The notes below the pieces were generated by a model. It was not told the DNA's origin. It did not search any database and saw only the letters and a program-made list of their open reading frames with translations. Positions 31,068-40,816 of a DNA stretch of 64,000 nucleotides are shown here, piece after piece. Origin of the DNA: a virus; the IMG/VR virus record IMGVR_UViG_3300025853_000045, positions 1 through 64,000 of that record. One strand, given 5' to 3'. A program made the translations under genes and the position numbers. Position 1 is the first letter of the stretch. The number at the start of each line of letters is the position of its first letter.

Positions 31068-32897
31068 CTAAAATCCGCTTTCTTTCTGTTTCGCGGTTGG
31101 GTCTTTCGCGGCTTGAACGCTGTCGAGTGCTTCCTCAATTGGTGTCTTCTTCGCACCACGTTGATTTTTCTTCGTGGATGGTGCGCCTGATTGGTGTGTT
31201 TCTGAACTGATAGGTGCAGGTCCACGTTCGCGCAGTCCTTCGCTTTCACCCAATCCGAGTGCTTTCTCCATCATCATAATCTGACCACTGCCGGGTGGAG
31301 CCGCTCCGCCGGGAGGCGAAGCCCCTGCCCCCTGTGGCATCATCGCGCCCCCACCCATAGGAGGTCCGCCACCACCGGGCGGCATTGGTGGAGGCATACC
31401 ACCTGCCCCCATAGGTGGCATTCCTCCGCCACCCATACCACCTGCTTGTTGTTGTTGCATGGCTTCCTGCGGGTCAGGTTTCTTGTAAACGAAGCGTATG
31501 TCGCGACCTGCATCTTCGGTCAATTCGGGTTGGAATCCGAGTTGTTGCATACGCTGTGCGATATTGACTTCTTGCTCATCGCGTCGAAGTCGTGTGATTT
31601 CATCTTCTTCTTCGTTTGGATAAAGTGTAAGCGACCAATGATGAACACCCATTTGGTCGAGCAAACGCGGGAACAGTTCGCGCGAATACAACTTCTGTCC
31701 TGATTCGACAGCACGATTGGTAACGAGGATTTGCATACCTTCATTGTTCAACCCTCCTGATTTACCTGCGTCCATCATGAACACATTCGATACACCGTAA
31801 AATGCGGCAATACGCATTCGTATTTCATCACGAACCTGTGCGTATTGCATCTCATCGAGACTGTCCATGAAACGAACAAACTCAACTTTACCGCGACCTG
31901 ATGAAGACTCAACACCAACCTTCGGAATATAGTGTGGGTCACGCTCCATCTTTTCTTCCGCGCCTTTCCAAAACGAAGCGGTGGATTGGATGTTGTCGGT
32001 TGTGATGGCGAGAACACCGCGAGGTATTCGTCGCTTTTGATATGCGAGGTAAATGTAATTGTCCATCGCTGTAAGCGACTGTGCTTGACGCCACATGCTC
32101 GCGACGGGTGAACGCCCATACAACTTCGATGGGTTGAATTTAGACAGATGCAACACTTCTCCGTCAACATAGTATTGCGTTTTACCGCTCCCTGCTGTGT
32201 TGATGTAGTGAACGTCTTGAAGTGGTAAAGAACAAACGTCGCACTTTTTGTGGTCGCCGTTGTGAGGGTAAGTTTTGTCTCGGTGAATAGGACATATGAG
32301 GTATCGTCCTCCGCGCTTCCCTGCTTTGTCAGCCACGATGCGCATGAAGGTTGGGTCTCCGCGAACCAATTCTTTGACGCGGTAAAATTCAATCTCACCG
32401 CTTTGTGGGTCGATGAAGTATTCCTTGATGAGCAACAAGAACGCGTCGTCGACGATGTTCAAATCCCATTCAATCTCTTTCATGACTTCAATAAACGATT
32501 GGTCCATGCTGTTGCGCTGTTTCATCAACCATCGCGGATACAAAATTTGGTCAGCATCAGGGCTTTCAAATTCTTCGTTGCCGCATATCCGACATTGCGA
32601 CACAGTATCGTGTTGATATTCTTCTTCACAGTTCGTGCATTTCTTGTGGAATTTCTTTTCCCAATAATAACCGCGACGAAATATCTCTTGACATAGCGTG
32701 TTGATGGTTGTTCGGAGGATGATTGATTCTTGAACAGTCGCGTAAAGTGCAGGGATTGAAACACCTTGAACGAGAACAGGCTCTTGAATACCCGTCTTCC
32801 AAAGCGGCATCTGTGGTTCAGGCGTTGTTCGACGACTGAACGGCTTGGTCAATCTCGACAAAAAACGACCGACTAAGCCTTTCTCTTCTGCCATCAA
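31068..32897 (-). CDS. Portal protein (609 aa)
   Basis: DLNIVDDAFL, DPTFMRI, EVLHL....SKLYGRSPV, IPRGVL, DEMQY, RIAAFYGVS are HK97-type portal motifs. Confidence 0.9.
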   Translation of the reverse strand: MMAEEKGLVGRFLSRLTKPFSRRTTPEPQMPLWKTGIQEPVLVQGVSIPALYATVQESIILRTTINTLCQEIFRRGYYWEKKFHKKCTNCEEEYQHDTVSQCRICGNEEFESPDADQILYPRWLMKQRNSMDQSFIEVMKEIEWDLNIVDDAFLLLIKEYFIDPQSGEIEFYRVKELVRGDPTFMRIVADKAGKRGGRYLICPIHRDKTYPHNGDHKKCDVCSLPLQDVHYINTAGSGKTQYYVDGEVLHLSKFNPSKLYGRSPVASMWRQAQSLTAMDNYIYLAYQKRRIPRGVLAITTDNIQSTASFWKGAEEKMERDPHYIPKVGVESSSGRGKVEFVRFMDSLDEMQYAQVRDEIRMRIAAFYGVSNVFMMDAGKSGGLNNEGMQILVTNRAVESGQKLYSRELFPRLLDQMGVHHWSLTLYPNEEEDEITRLRRDEQEVNIAQRMQQLGFQPELTEDAGRDIRFVYKKPDPQEAMQQQQAGGMGGGGMPPMGAGGMPPPMPPGGGGPPMGGGAMMPQGAGASPPGGAAPPGSGQIMMMEKALGLGESEGLRERGPAPISSETHQSGAPSTKKNQRGAKKTPIEEALDSVQAAKDPTAKQKESGF

Positions 32898-34294
32898 ATC
32901 ATCTCCACAAGTCGGTTCGCGTCATCGACAAGACGTAGCGTTTCGCCGTCTCGCTCAAACATCGCATGGACTCCCGCTTCATCAATGTTCCACTCTTTGA
33001 GAAGTTCAGCGCGCTTATCAGGAACGTCACGCCAATTCAACCACTTCACCATTTTGTATAGGTCGTCTCTTCTCGACTTAACGATGTCGGTTTTTCTTCC
33101 TCGCAAATCAAGCAATTCAATAACAGCACTCGCTTGCCCTTTCTTCATTCGCAAATGAGGCGCGATACCTTTCAACAATGTTCGTAAATCATTTTCGCTG
33201 TAAAATTGCAACCGATGTTGCGTCCGTCGACTGTTTTTGTGTATCTTCAAATCTGTTTGCAACACACCACATTCGAGTGCTTTATGCAATCGCTCGCAAT
33301 GCAACTTACCACGCTCTCCTGTGGCGATGAAACCTGCTCGCGGCTCCATGCGCTTTGTAATCGTGATGTATCCGTCAGCGTCAAGAAAACCCGCCGCATA
33401 CGCCCATACATCTTTGAAAATCACATTGTTATCGCGAACGATTCCCCAATTGTTACCAATCTTTTCGATGTCGTATTCGACACCATGCATCTTGAAAAGC
33501 GCACTTAATTTAGAAGGAGAAGTGTGTTTCGTTCCTTCCATAGAAGCAAAGATTTCGTTTGAAGGTAAAGGTCCGCGCCTTTCAAGAATTGTAACGGCTT
33601 TAGTGAGAAAAACAGCATCGGTCTTTTTGATGTTGTCAATTGAATGTAACGTGTTTCTCCATTCTTTTTTCGCGTTCTTCTTCAACTGTTGAGCATCGAC
33701 CCACATTTGACGTTGGTCATCGGTGAAATCACCTTCGATGAGTAACAACTTGCTGATGGTATCATTGGCTTTCTCCCATTGAACGCACGCACGTCGAAGA
33801 GCATATTCGCGAGTCTGACCGTGTTTGCGGAGTGCTTGTAAATCACGTTCGCTGATTCCTAAATTGCGAACGGTTGGTTCGTGTTTACCAATCCATTCGA
33901 TGGATTGCAACGTTGCCTCAACTTCCTGCCTTTTTGCGATACGAATAGCGTCAATGGCTTCGTCGATAGCGTCACGCATACCTTTGTTGATACGGCGCGC
34001 CATTCTCAAATCTTTAACAAGTTCTTCCGCGCCTCGACCAAACATTGACTGAAACCAACCACCATCAGGGAGCGAACGTTTGAGTTGTTGTTTGATTTTA
34101 TTCGTCATCTCTTCTTCTTCTTCGCGCTTCTTGTTTTCATCGACGAGTGGTGGTGTTGGATTAGCGTTGACTTCACCACCACCCTGACTGATGGTTTGAG
34201 GTGCGTCGCCAAACGAAGCACCGCGAATCTGATTTTTCAACAAAGGATGAGAACGAACAATGTCAGAAATGTCGTTCAAGTTAATTTGTGCCAT
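32894..34294 (-). CDS. Protein with C-terminal LAGLIDADG domain (~466 aa)
   Basis: WAYAAGFLDADGYITI...HLRMKKGQA; long helical N-terminal region; GGAGG ribosome site before MAQINL. Confidence 0.8.
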   Translation of the reverse strand: MAQINLNDISDIVRSHPLLKNQIRGASFGDAPQTISQGGGEVNANPTPPLVDENKKREEEEEMTNKIKQQLKRSLPDGGWFQSMFGRGAEELVKDLRMARRINKGMRDAIDEAIDAIRIAKRQEVEATLQSIEWIGKHEPTVRNLGISERDLQALRKHGQTREYALRRACVQWEKANDTISKLLLIEGDFTDDQRQMWVDAQQLKKNAKKEWRNTLHSIDNIKKTDAVFLTKAVTILERRGPLPSNEIFASMEGTKHTSPSKLSALFKMHGVEYDIEKIGNNWGIVRDNNVIFKDVWAYAAGFLDADGYITITKRMEPRAGFIATGERGKLHCERLHKALECGVLQTDLKIHKNSRRTQHRLQFYSENDLRTLLKGIAPHLRMKKGQASAVIELLDLRGRKTDIVKSRRDDLYKMVKWLNWRDVPDKRAELLKEWNIDEAGVHAMFERDGETLRLVDDANRLVEMI

Positions 34295-34416
34295 TGTCCT
34301 CCATTCGCATTCAACGGTTTTCCATGCGCTGTCCAACATAATTCGCAAAACCCAAACGGTCTTTCACCTTCCATGTAGCATATACCGCAAAACATGAAAT
34401 TGTGATTAGCAACCAT

Positions 34417-34833
34417 TCAACAATTCCACCGTTTCAACGCCGCTCCTTTCGGGGTCAACTTACCCTTTTTGGAAGTAGGACCTTTGACGCCACCCATCCG
34501 CGCACAAAAAGACTTACGGCGTTTAGCCTTCTTAGAACCCGCTTTCAATTTACTTGGTTTGGTCGTCACAGGAGGTTTGAGATTTGAGCCTTGTTCACGC
34601 TTTGCTTTAGCGCGCCCTTTCGCATTCAGTCCACCTTTACGATGATGCCTGTTGGGATTGTATCCGTGAAACGGTTTGCTCTTTTTCTTCGCTTTGAGAA
34701 CGCTATTCGCGATGTCAAACGGCGAACAACATGTGCAAAACGACACTTCTTTCGCGATGTCTTCGTCGTTCATCATTGCTAATTCTTCGGCTGTTATTGG
34801 TTCATCGTGGTATATGTATTCGTATTCTGTCAT
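34417..34833 (-). CDS. Small basic protein, DUF6321-like (138 aa)
   Basis: GGLNAKGR...GSNLKPPV...RRKSFCARM...LKRWNC; acidic N-terminus. Family name recalled, not searched. Confidence 0.65.
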   Translation of the reverse strand: MTEYEYIYHDEPITAEELAMMNDEDIAKEVSFCTCCSPFDIANSVLKAKKKSKPFHGYNPNRHHRKGGLNAKGRAKAKREQGSNLKPPVTTKPSKLKAGSKKAKRRKSFCARMGGVKGPTSKKGKLTPKGAALKRWNC

Positions 34834-34837
34834 GTTA

Positions 34838-35296
34838 TCAACTTCCTGTGTTGTGATATGCACCGCATCCTATAACTCGCGAACGACCGTTTTCATAGAC
34901 TACTCGGTAGCAACGATAAGCGCGAAGGCCGTATTCCCGCTGAATCCGCAATGCCTCTTGTTCGGAGCGAGGCTCTTTCCCATCGGGGCATTGATTGGCC
35001 TTCATGAAGACCCACGCCTCGTTCATCGCTTTAACGATGGTGGGCTTTCCGCCTACGCCCTGCTTTTTGCTACGCTTGCGTTTTGTCGCCGCGCGCTTTT
35101 GACCTGACGTCATCGAACCGCTTGTCTTTGGCGTCTTACTTGAAACTTTGACGGATGGTCGACACTTCGGATAACCCTTTGAAGAAGTCTTGGCTTTGCT
35201 TCGGCCACATGGAGGATGCTTACCATCCTTACCTGTGCGCGAAACATCCACCCACTTCTCCTTGAACCAACGGTTCAAGTTCTTCTCAACCGTCAT
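34838..35296 (-). CDS. Basic two-module protein (152 aa)
   Basis: LNRWFKEKWVD...PCGRS...YPKCRP module, then MNEAWVFMK and a RAYRC...CGAYH module. Confidence 0.65.
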   Translation of the reverse strand: MTVEKNLNRWFKEKWVDVSRTGKDGKHPPCGRSKAKTSSKGYPKCRPSVKVSSKTPKTSGSMTSGQKRAATKRKRSKKQGVGGKPTIVKAMNEAWVFMKANQCPDGKEPRSEQEALRIQREYGLRAYRCYRVVYENGRSRVIGCGAYHNTGS

Positions 35297-35496
35297 TTTT
35301 TCGCCCACGCATCACAAGTGTAGTCTTTGTTGCAAGTGAAATCATACCACTTGCAGTAGCCCGTTTGAGGGTCTTCTGTTGCTGAATCATCCCACGCTTT
35401 ACAATTGCCACAGCACTTGCTACTTTCACAAGGGCGATAATTTGGCGCGTCTTTCTTTGCTTTCATCAAAGCCCACGCATCTTCAAGAGGAATCAT
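35293..35496 (-). CDS. HiPIP-like Cys4 protein (67 aa) with AW..K leader
   Basis: MIPLEDAWALMK; then NY......CGNC..W.........GYC..Y........TC.AW, the Cys/Trp spacing of high-potential iron-sulfur proteins. Confidence 0.55.
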   Translation of the reverse strand: MIPLEDAWALMKAKKDAPNYRPCESSKCCGNCKAWDDSATEDPQTGYCKWYDFTCNKDYTCDAWAKK

Positions 35497-35687
35497 TTCT
35501 TCTTCTTCCCTCCCTTCTTCTTGCGGAACTTACCGCGACAGTATTGAACAGCCCATCCATTCGCGTATGCTGATGGATACACCTTGAATTTGCGCTTCGC
35601 CGCCGCTTTACCTGCGGGACATAACTTCTTCTCAAGATAACCAAACGCCGCTTCTCCGCCTACACAGAATTCACAATCGCACGTCAT
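35493..35687 (-). CDS. Small basic protein with PSAYA motif (64 aa)
   Basis: CDCEFC...AAFGYLEK|KLCPAGKAAAKRKFKVYPSAYANGWAVQYC; Lys-rich tail. Confidence 0.65.
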   Translation of the reverse strand: MTCDCEFCVGGEAAFGYLEKKLCPAGKAAAKRKFKVYPSAYANGWAVQYCRGKFRKKKGGKKKK

Positions 35688-35689
35688 TT

Positions 35690-35989
35690 TCAACCACCTC
35701 GACAAATAGGGCAGGGGTCGCCTTCAATTTGGCCCTTCCCTTGACAAGCGGGGCAGTTAGCATCACCGCTTGGTTGTTCAGTCATAAACCCTTGAAGAAA
35801 TTGCATCATCTCGCGATTTTCGTCGGGCGTAAGAGGTGCGCGCAAGTTGGCAGGTTTTTGACAATGGTGATTATTCAAACCGTTTTCGCCGTAAAAATAG
35901 CGTTCGCATTTAGGACATTGCACTTTGCGACCGCCGCGCCCCTCATCTCCGAGAGGCATGTTTTTCAAAAAAAGCCACCAATCGCTCAA
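35690..35989 (-). CDS. Double zinc-finger protein (99 aa)
   Basis: MSDWWLFLK leader; CPKC..F.....L..H.C finger and DnaJ-type CPACQGKG...CPICRG. Confidence 0.65.
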   Translation of the reverse strand: MSDWWLFLKNMPLGDEGRGGRKVQCPKCERYFYGENGLNNHHCQKPANLRAPLTPDENREMMQFLQGFMTEQPSGDANCPACQGKGQIEGDPCPICRGG

Positions 35990-37386
35990 TCTAACAACCC
36001 CGCCATTATGTCATCCAAGTCCACAATACGCTCACGGAACTCCGTTGTCGCCCAATGAGCCAACGCGAGAGCAATAGCAAAGTCGTCATGCCGACCGATG
36101 CTGTCAAGCCGTCCTTTCTTGCTCATACCGAACATCAGCAATTCACGTTCAAGTTCAGACGTGAGTGTACGAGAACGGTCGTCACCGTAAGGCAATCGTA
36201 TTTGTTCATTCTCAAAACGCAACACCAACCCCATGAGTAGTGACTCGCGACGTTGCCGTGTGGATATGAATGTCTTAATTGGTAAGTCTGTATCCGCGCG
36301 TAGTTCTGTTGCGAAGACGCGTTGAAAGTTGTTGGCTTCAAGTTCGATGACGTCAGGATTGAATTTTGCATTCAAACGCTGTATCTCCATGATTTGCGTG
36401 CGGAAGTCCATGTTCTTACGACGAACCGCATGAACCATCTCAAGTAATTCAGGGTTGGTTGATGGACGTCGAAGAACGACCATCACGGTATAGTCAGCCG
36501 CGCGGTCTGATGAAATCGCGGGGTCCCAACCGATGAAGTATTGGTCGTCAGGGTCGCCTGTTTCACGTTCGATTAACCGAAGCGACGAATCTTTTGCCGC
36601 TTGAAGAACGGTGGATGGGAAGAGACTGCTAACGTCGTCCATTGGTTCACATAGATATTCACGCGCAAATGCAATCGCGGGCATATCGTTTCGACGTGCA
36701 TCAAGTGATTCTAAATCCCATCGTTCAGGCCACAACGCCTCACCTTTGCTGTTGATGGCAGGGTAAGTTTCGACAAGATACCCTTCGCGACTTTCCAACT
36801 CCGTGTAAAGGTCGGTCGGTGTAAACGGTGTTCCGACAATCATCAACTTGGATGTGTGGTGAAGTGTAGGAACAAGGACTTCGTAAAACCACGAAGCGAC
36901 GCGAGCGAGTTCTGTGTCGGTTGTTCCCCACAGAATGTCGTCGCATAGAATCAAGTCAGGGTGAATACCACGAATAGCACCACCAACCGACTTTGCGCTG
37001 ATGTTTGAGCCGTTACTGAAACCAAAAAATGTCTTCGACCATGAGTCAGCCTTCTTCATTTTCGCGAGAAACGGCACACCATCAATCAAATCATTGAGTG
37101 TGCGCATGTGGTGAATGGACTGATGAAGACTGTGCGAAATCAAAACGGCTTTGGTCTTGGGATTGAATGCAGTCTTCCAAAGCATGTAGCCAAGAAACAA
37201 CGTTGACTTACCGTGGTCACGCGCCGCTTTGACACAATATCGCTTTCGTGATTCAAGGTTGTTATACCACTGCTCATGATGCCACGACAATTGAAACCCA
37301 AGAATCTCTTCAAAGAAGAATTTGAAGTCGCGCTTCGCTACTTCAAAATCAATCTCTTCGATGGCTTCAAGGGATAACTGTTGCAC
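35986..37386 (-). CDS. terL: Terminase large subunit (466 aa)
   Basis: HHEQW, Walker A ARDHGKS, IRG, Walker B LILCDD, GTP coupling motif, nuclease IGWDPA...DYT and HDD. Confidence 0.95.
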   Translation of the reverse strand: MQQLSLEAIEEIDFEVAKRDFKFFFEEILGFQLSWHHEQWYNNLESRKRYCVKAARDHGKSTLFLGYMLWKTAFNPKTKAVLISHSLHQSIHHMRTLNDLIDGVPFLAKMKKADSWSKTFFGFSNGSNISAKSVGGAIRGIHPDLILCDDILWGTTDTELARVASWFYEVLVPTLHHTSKLMIVGTPFTPTDLYTELESREGYLVETYPAINSKGEALWPERWDLESLDARRNDMPAIAFAREYLCEPMDDVSSLFPSTVLQAAKDSSLRLIERETGDPDDQYFIGWDPAISSDRAADYTVMVVLRRPSTNPELLEMVHAVRRKNMDFRTQIMEIQRLNAKFNPDVIELEANNFQRVFATELRADTDLPIKTFISTRQRRESLLMGLVLRFENEQIRLPYGDDRSRTLTSELERELLMFGMSKKGRLDSIGRHDDFAIALALAHWATTEFRERIVDLDDIMAGLLD

Positions 37387-37392
37387 GCGCCA

Positions 37393-39018
37393 TCACCGAA
37401 TGTTCAACCCTTTCAATAGCGCATCCCATGATGCTATGTGTTTATCGCTTGAGAACAACGCGAGAGGTGCGGCGGCAGGGTCATCATCATCACCACCACT
37501 CCCTGCTGAATCAGGGAACATAACCTGCGCTTGTTCACCACTCGTCGCTTCCTCAACCTTTTGTTTCGCGTCAGGATTGCCTTGTTCTGCTGATTGAACA
37601 GTCGCGTCAGCCTGTGCAGGTGACATACCGTGATAAGCGGCAACAGCCTGTGCCAACTTGGTCCTGTATCCCCTGCTACCTGTCGCGGATGTAATCGCTT
37701 CATAACTTTCGGGTTTGTCAAACAAACCAAGTGCTACTTCACGCGCTTTTTTGCGTGAAGTGCCGCCTGTATATCCTGCTGTATCGAGCATTTGGTCTGC
37801 GAATCGTCCGCGCTCATCATCTTCTTGAGACGCATCTCCGTCAAGTGTGAGGTCATACATTTCTTCATCTTGAGGTTGTTCATTCTCACCTTCGCCAAGT
37901 GTGAGGTCATACATTTCTTCATCTTTAGGAGGCTCGGCAGGTGCAGGTGTTGGATTGATAGCAGGTGGTGGTGGTGAGTCGGTATTGACCGACTCTTTTA
38001 GTCCTTCAGACGCGCTATCAATTTCTTGGTTGATTGCTTCAACAGTTCCTTCATTTGCATCTTGCTCGGCTTGTCGCGCTTCTTGCATTTGTTCAGGCGT
38101 CTGTTGCAATCCACGATTTTGTCGCGAAATGTCCAACGCTCTTCGGAATCTGTTTGGTCGCGGACCTTCTAACGAACTTTTCTTTTCAGCCAATTGTTGT
38201 CGCATCTCTTCTTCTTTTTGAGCCAATGGTGTTTGAGCAATCGCCACCAACTGACGGTGTCGCTCACCTGCGTCAGTTCCCGCTTCTCGACGAGCGCGCG
38301 CTCGTTGGTCTTCTAATCTATTCAAGTCACCTTGAAGAACGTCGCGTCGCATACCTGCCGCTTTGTCTTTGCGTGCTTGGTCTTTCGCTTGTCTTCTTCC
38401 TTCTCGGTAATTCCCCGCCACTCCCATGAAATCTCGCATACGCTCACTCGCGCCCGGAAATTTATCAGCCAAGAATCGCCCTGCCTGACCTGCTTTGTCA
38501 CCGACAAACCGTCCTGCACCTGCGATGCCTCGACCCATACCTTTGACACCTTCGACTACACCTCGACCTGTTTGAGCGACAGCGCGACCTGCGGCTTGTC
38601 CGTATTGACCTGTTCGTGCTAAATTGCCAACGGTGCGTTGTCCTTGCTCAAGCGCGGCTTGTGAATCCAAAGCGCGTTGCGCACCGAGCAAACGTCGTGC
38701 GTCTCGCGCATTTCTAAAAGCGGTATTTGTATTACCAACAGTTCCCGAAATAGCAGGAACAAATCCTTGATTGACGCCGAAAGGTTGCTGTGGTTGCTGT
38801 GGTTGCGGAACATTCTTCCGAATGATGTCAGGATGTGAGTTGTCGCGCTCCGCGACAGCCTTGATGAGTGGCTCCCAAGTGTCGTCGTGTTGATTGAGCA
38901 TAACGTAATTGACATCCGTGAGGTTGCCTCCTTTCGCGAAGATAAACTCCATTGTGCCTAAATCGACACCGTGTTCAATCATACTGCTGTTCCATTCAAT
39001 TTCCCATGTTTCAACCAT
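37393..39018 (-). CDS. Hypothetical protein (541 aa), possible internal virion protein
   Basis: GGAGG ribosome site before MVETWE; G/A/R-rich helical repeats; two EEMYDLTL motifs; ends ASWDALLKGLNIR. Confidence 0.7.
   Translation of the reverse strand: MVETWEIEWNSSMIEHGVDLGTMEFIFAKGGNLTDVNYVMLNQHDDTWEPLIKAVAERDNSHPDIIRKNVPQPQQPQQPFGVNQGFVPAISGTVGNTNTAFRNARDARRLLGAQRALDSQAALEQGQRTVGNLARTGQYGQAAGRAVAQTGRGVVEGVKGMGRGIAGAGRFVGDKAGQAGRFLADKFPGASERMRDFMGVAGNYREGRRQAKDQARKDKAAGMRRDVLQGDLNRLEDQRARARREAGTDAGERHRQLVAIAQTPLAQKEEEMRQQLAEKKSSLEGPRPNRFRRALDISRQNRGLQQTPEQMQEARQAEQDANEGTVEAINQEIDSASEGLKESVNTDSPPPPAINPTPAPAEPPKDEEMYDLTLGEGENEQPQDEEMYDLTLDGDASQEDDERGRFADQMLDTAGYTGGTSRKKAREVALGLFDKPESYEAITSATGSRGYRTKLAQAVAAYHGMSPAQADATVQSAEQGNPDAKQKVEEATSGEQAQVMFPDSAGSGGDDDDPAAAPLALFSSDKHIASWDALLKGLNIR
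37842..37925. repeat. Perfect 30-bp direct repeat, 2 copies (37842-37871, 37896-37925)
   Basis: caagtgtgaggtcatacatttcttcatctt twice with 54-bp period; encodes DEEMYDLTL. Confidence 0.9.
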
Positions 39019-40816
39019 TGAGTGCGCCTCCACAAGACCGCTTGATAGCGCGAACCACGTCATGCGTCGTGTTAAAAGATTTCGCTATCACATTCCAATC
39101 TCCGAGCGACATAGCAATCGCGCGGACATCAAGACTCGACATACCTACATTTTCGCCCAACTGTTGCATATCATACGAATCCATAGGGTCGTATTTCTGC
39201 ATCAATGAGCCACCTGCGTCATGCATTTGCACACGCTCCATAATCGTCGCGATGACACCCATTGGGTCATCGTTCGACTTCATTGAGAAAGATGGACCGA
39301 ACCCACCAAACCCTCCAAATTCAGGCGGAGCAAATCCGCCGAATGGCACTTGGGCTGAACCGCCTTCGTCAGCCAACGGGTCAGCCGCGAGAGGTTTTTG
39401 CGTTTCGTTCTCGGACGGCATTGTGGTCAATGGCTCTTGAGGTGGGAGCAACGGCTCAACAGGTTGTTGTTCCGCGCCTATCGTTCCTCCACTCAAGTGC
39501 GACGGGAAGGAGTCGTGCAAATGGTCGTAGTTCGTATTGAATTTACCGCGCATATCATGATGTTCGTCAGCAAGACCGAGCGAATCCATGTCGATTTGTC
39601 TCGCTCTCGACGAAGCATATTCGACGTAATTATCACGCACATTCGGTCTTGTAAGTGGAGTGTCGCCAAGTTCGACGCCTGTTTCTTCTGCTGTCTTGAG
39701 CATAGCCATGATGTCGATTGCCGCATTCTTTTGGCCGCGTTCATCATCGCCAATAAGACGACCAAATTGTCCGACGTGTTTCGTGTAAAGTTGGTGAATA
39801 TCGCGATTTTTGTCAATGCCGATTTGTTCTCGTATGTCTTTCATTATGGTGCGCAAACCTGTTGCACGTCCATCTTTACCTGTTCCTCCGCCATACAACA
39901 ACTGATTGACGGGAGCGCGAGCCATCTCTCTCGCTGTGTTTTGGTCGTATCCCAACTCCATCAATTCATTCATGAAATCAGTCGACATACCGCCCTGCGT
40001 TGATGGATTGAAGAATGCATTCGGTAAAACAGACACGATGGACATAGGTGATATTTCACCATACGCGGCAGTTTGAGAGTGCAATTGTTTGTAATGCGAA
40101 GGGAATTTTGTGTTCTTCTTTGACGTTGGGTCAGCCTCATTTGACGTGTATCGTCGCGTTACTCCACTTGTAATTTGTTGAGGTTCGATAACGTTCTGTC
40201 TTGCACCCAAACGTGTATCTATACCGCGCTTCTTTACTTCATCTTGGAACTCTTTGGAAAAATGAAATGCCGCTGACTCAAGATGCACACCAAGCGTTGG
40301 GTGCGCTTTGTTGTTCGCGTGGTTGTTGATTAACTTCCCATCTTCTGTTCTTGTTCTTCGTTGTGCTGTCGGCACACGCTTGTGTTCGTGCGAACCGTAG
40401 TGATTGTTCATGTATTCAGGATGGAGACGACCATCTTCTCCGAACGGAATTGGGACGGTGTGAAAGTCGTCGTTGTTGTCGCGTTTGATTTTGTTGAATC
40501 GCATCGCGGAAGCATTCATGATTTCTTTCGCCATACTCAAAGCGTTGGATTCTGTTGTCGGCTTTCGCCTGACGCCGTTTTCATCAATGTATCCTCCCTT
40601 CATGATTTCATTGGCTAAAATCATCGCGCTTTTCTCCATAGGGAATTGACGCATGTGCGCAGGTATCTCCTTGAAAGGCTTACCTGTTATCGAATTGATG
40701 TAAAAATGTGATTCGTTTTCGTGGTCAGAATCTTCAGGTGGGAACGACATAGGGTGCATGACCCCATCTTCGTCCATGTAGTAAACGCCTTTTCCTTTGA
40801 GGATGATGTCGCTCAA
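39011..40816 (-). CDS. Hypothetical protein (601 aa), possible internal virion protein
   Basis: TTG start overlapping the upstream TGA after GAGGTGG; begins MSDIILK|G; several h-h-K sites near the C-terminus. Confidence 0.7.
   Translation of the reverse strand: MSDIILKGKGVYYMDEDGVMHPMSFPPEDSDHENESHFYINSITGKPFKEIPAHMRQFPMEKSAMILANEIMKGGYIDENGVRRKPTTESNALSMAKEIMNASAMRFNKIKRDNNDDFHTVPIPFGEDGRLHPEYMNNHYGSHEHKRVPTAQRRTRTEDGKLINNHANNKAHPTLGVHLESAAFHFSKEFQDEVKKRGIDTRLGARQNVIEPQQITSGVTRRYTSNEADPTSKKNTKFPSHYKQLHSQTAAYGEISPMSIVSVLPNAFFNPSTQGGMSTDFMNELMELGYDQNTAREMARAPVNQLLYGGGTGKDGRATGLRTIMKDIREQIGIDKNRDIHQLYTKHVGQFGRLIGDDERGQKNAAIDIMAMLKTAEETGVELGDTPLTRPNVRDNYVEYASSRARQIDMDSLGLADEHHDMRGKFNTNYDHLHDSFPSHLSGGTIGAEQQPVEPLLPPQEPLTTMPSENETQKPLAADPLADEGGSAQVPFGGFAPPEFGGFGGFGPSFSMKSNDDPMGVIATIMERVQMHDAGGSLMQKYDPMDSYDMQQLGENVGMSSLDVRAIAMSLGDWNVIAKSFNTTHDVVRAIKRSCGGALNG

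Noticed and set aside
34310-34339. MLDSAWKTVE as another AW..K tag upstream of the LAGLIDADG gene
   Set aside because: It lacks the terminal Lys, and a strong GGAGG site favours the downstream start.
32894-34348. LAGLIDADG as part of an intein or intron
   Set aside because: No N-terminal Cys/Ser splice block or C-terminal His-Asn; the flanking terminase and portal genes are uninterrupted.
37842-37925. 30-bp direct repeat as a mini-CRISPR array
   Set aside because: Only two copies, in frame within a CDS, encoding the MYDLTL motif; no cas genes or leader.
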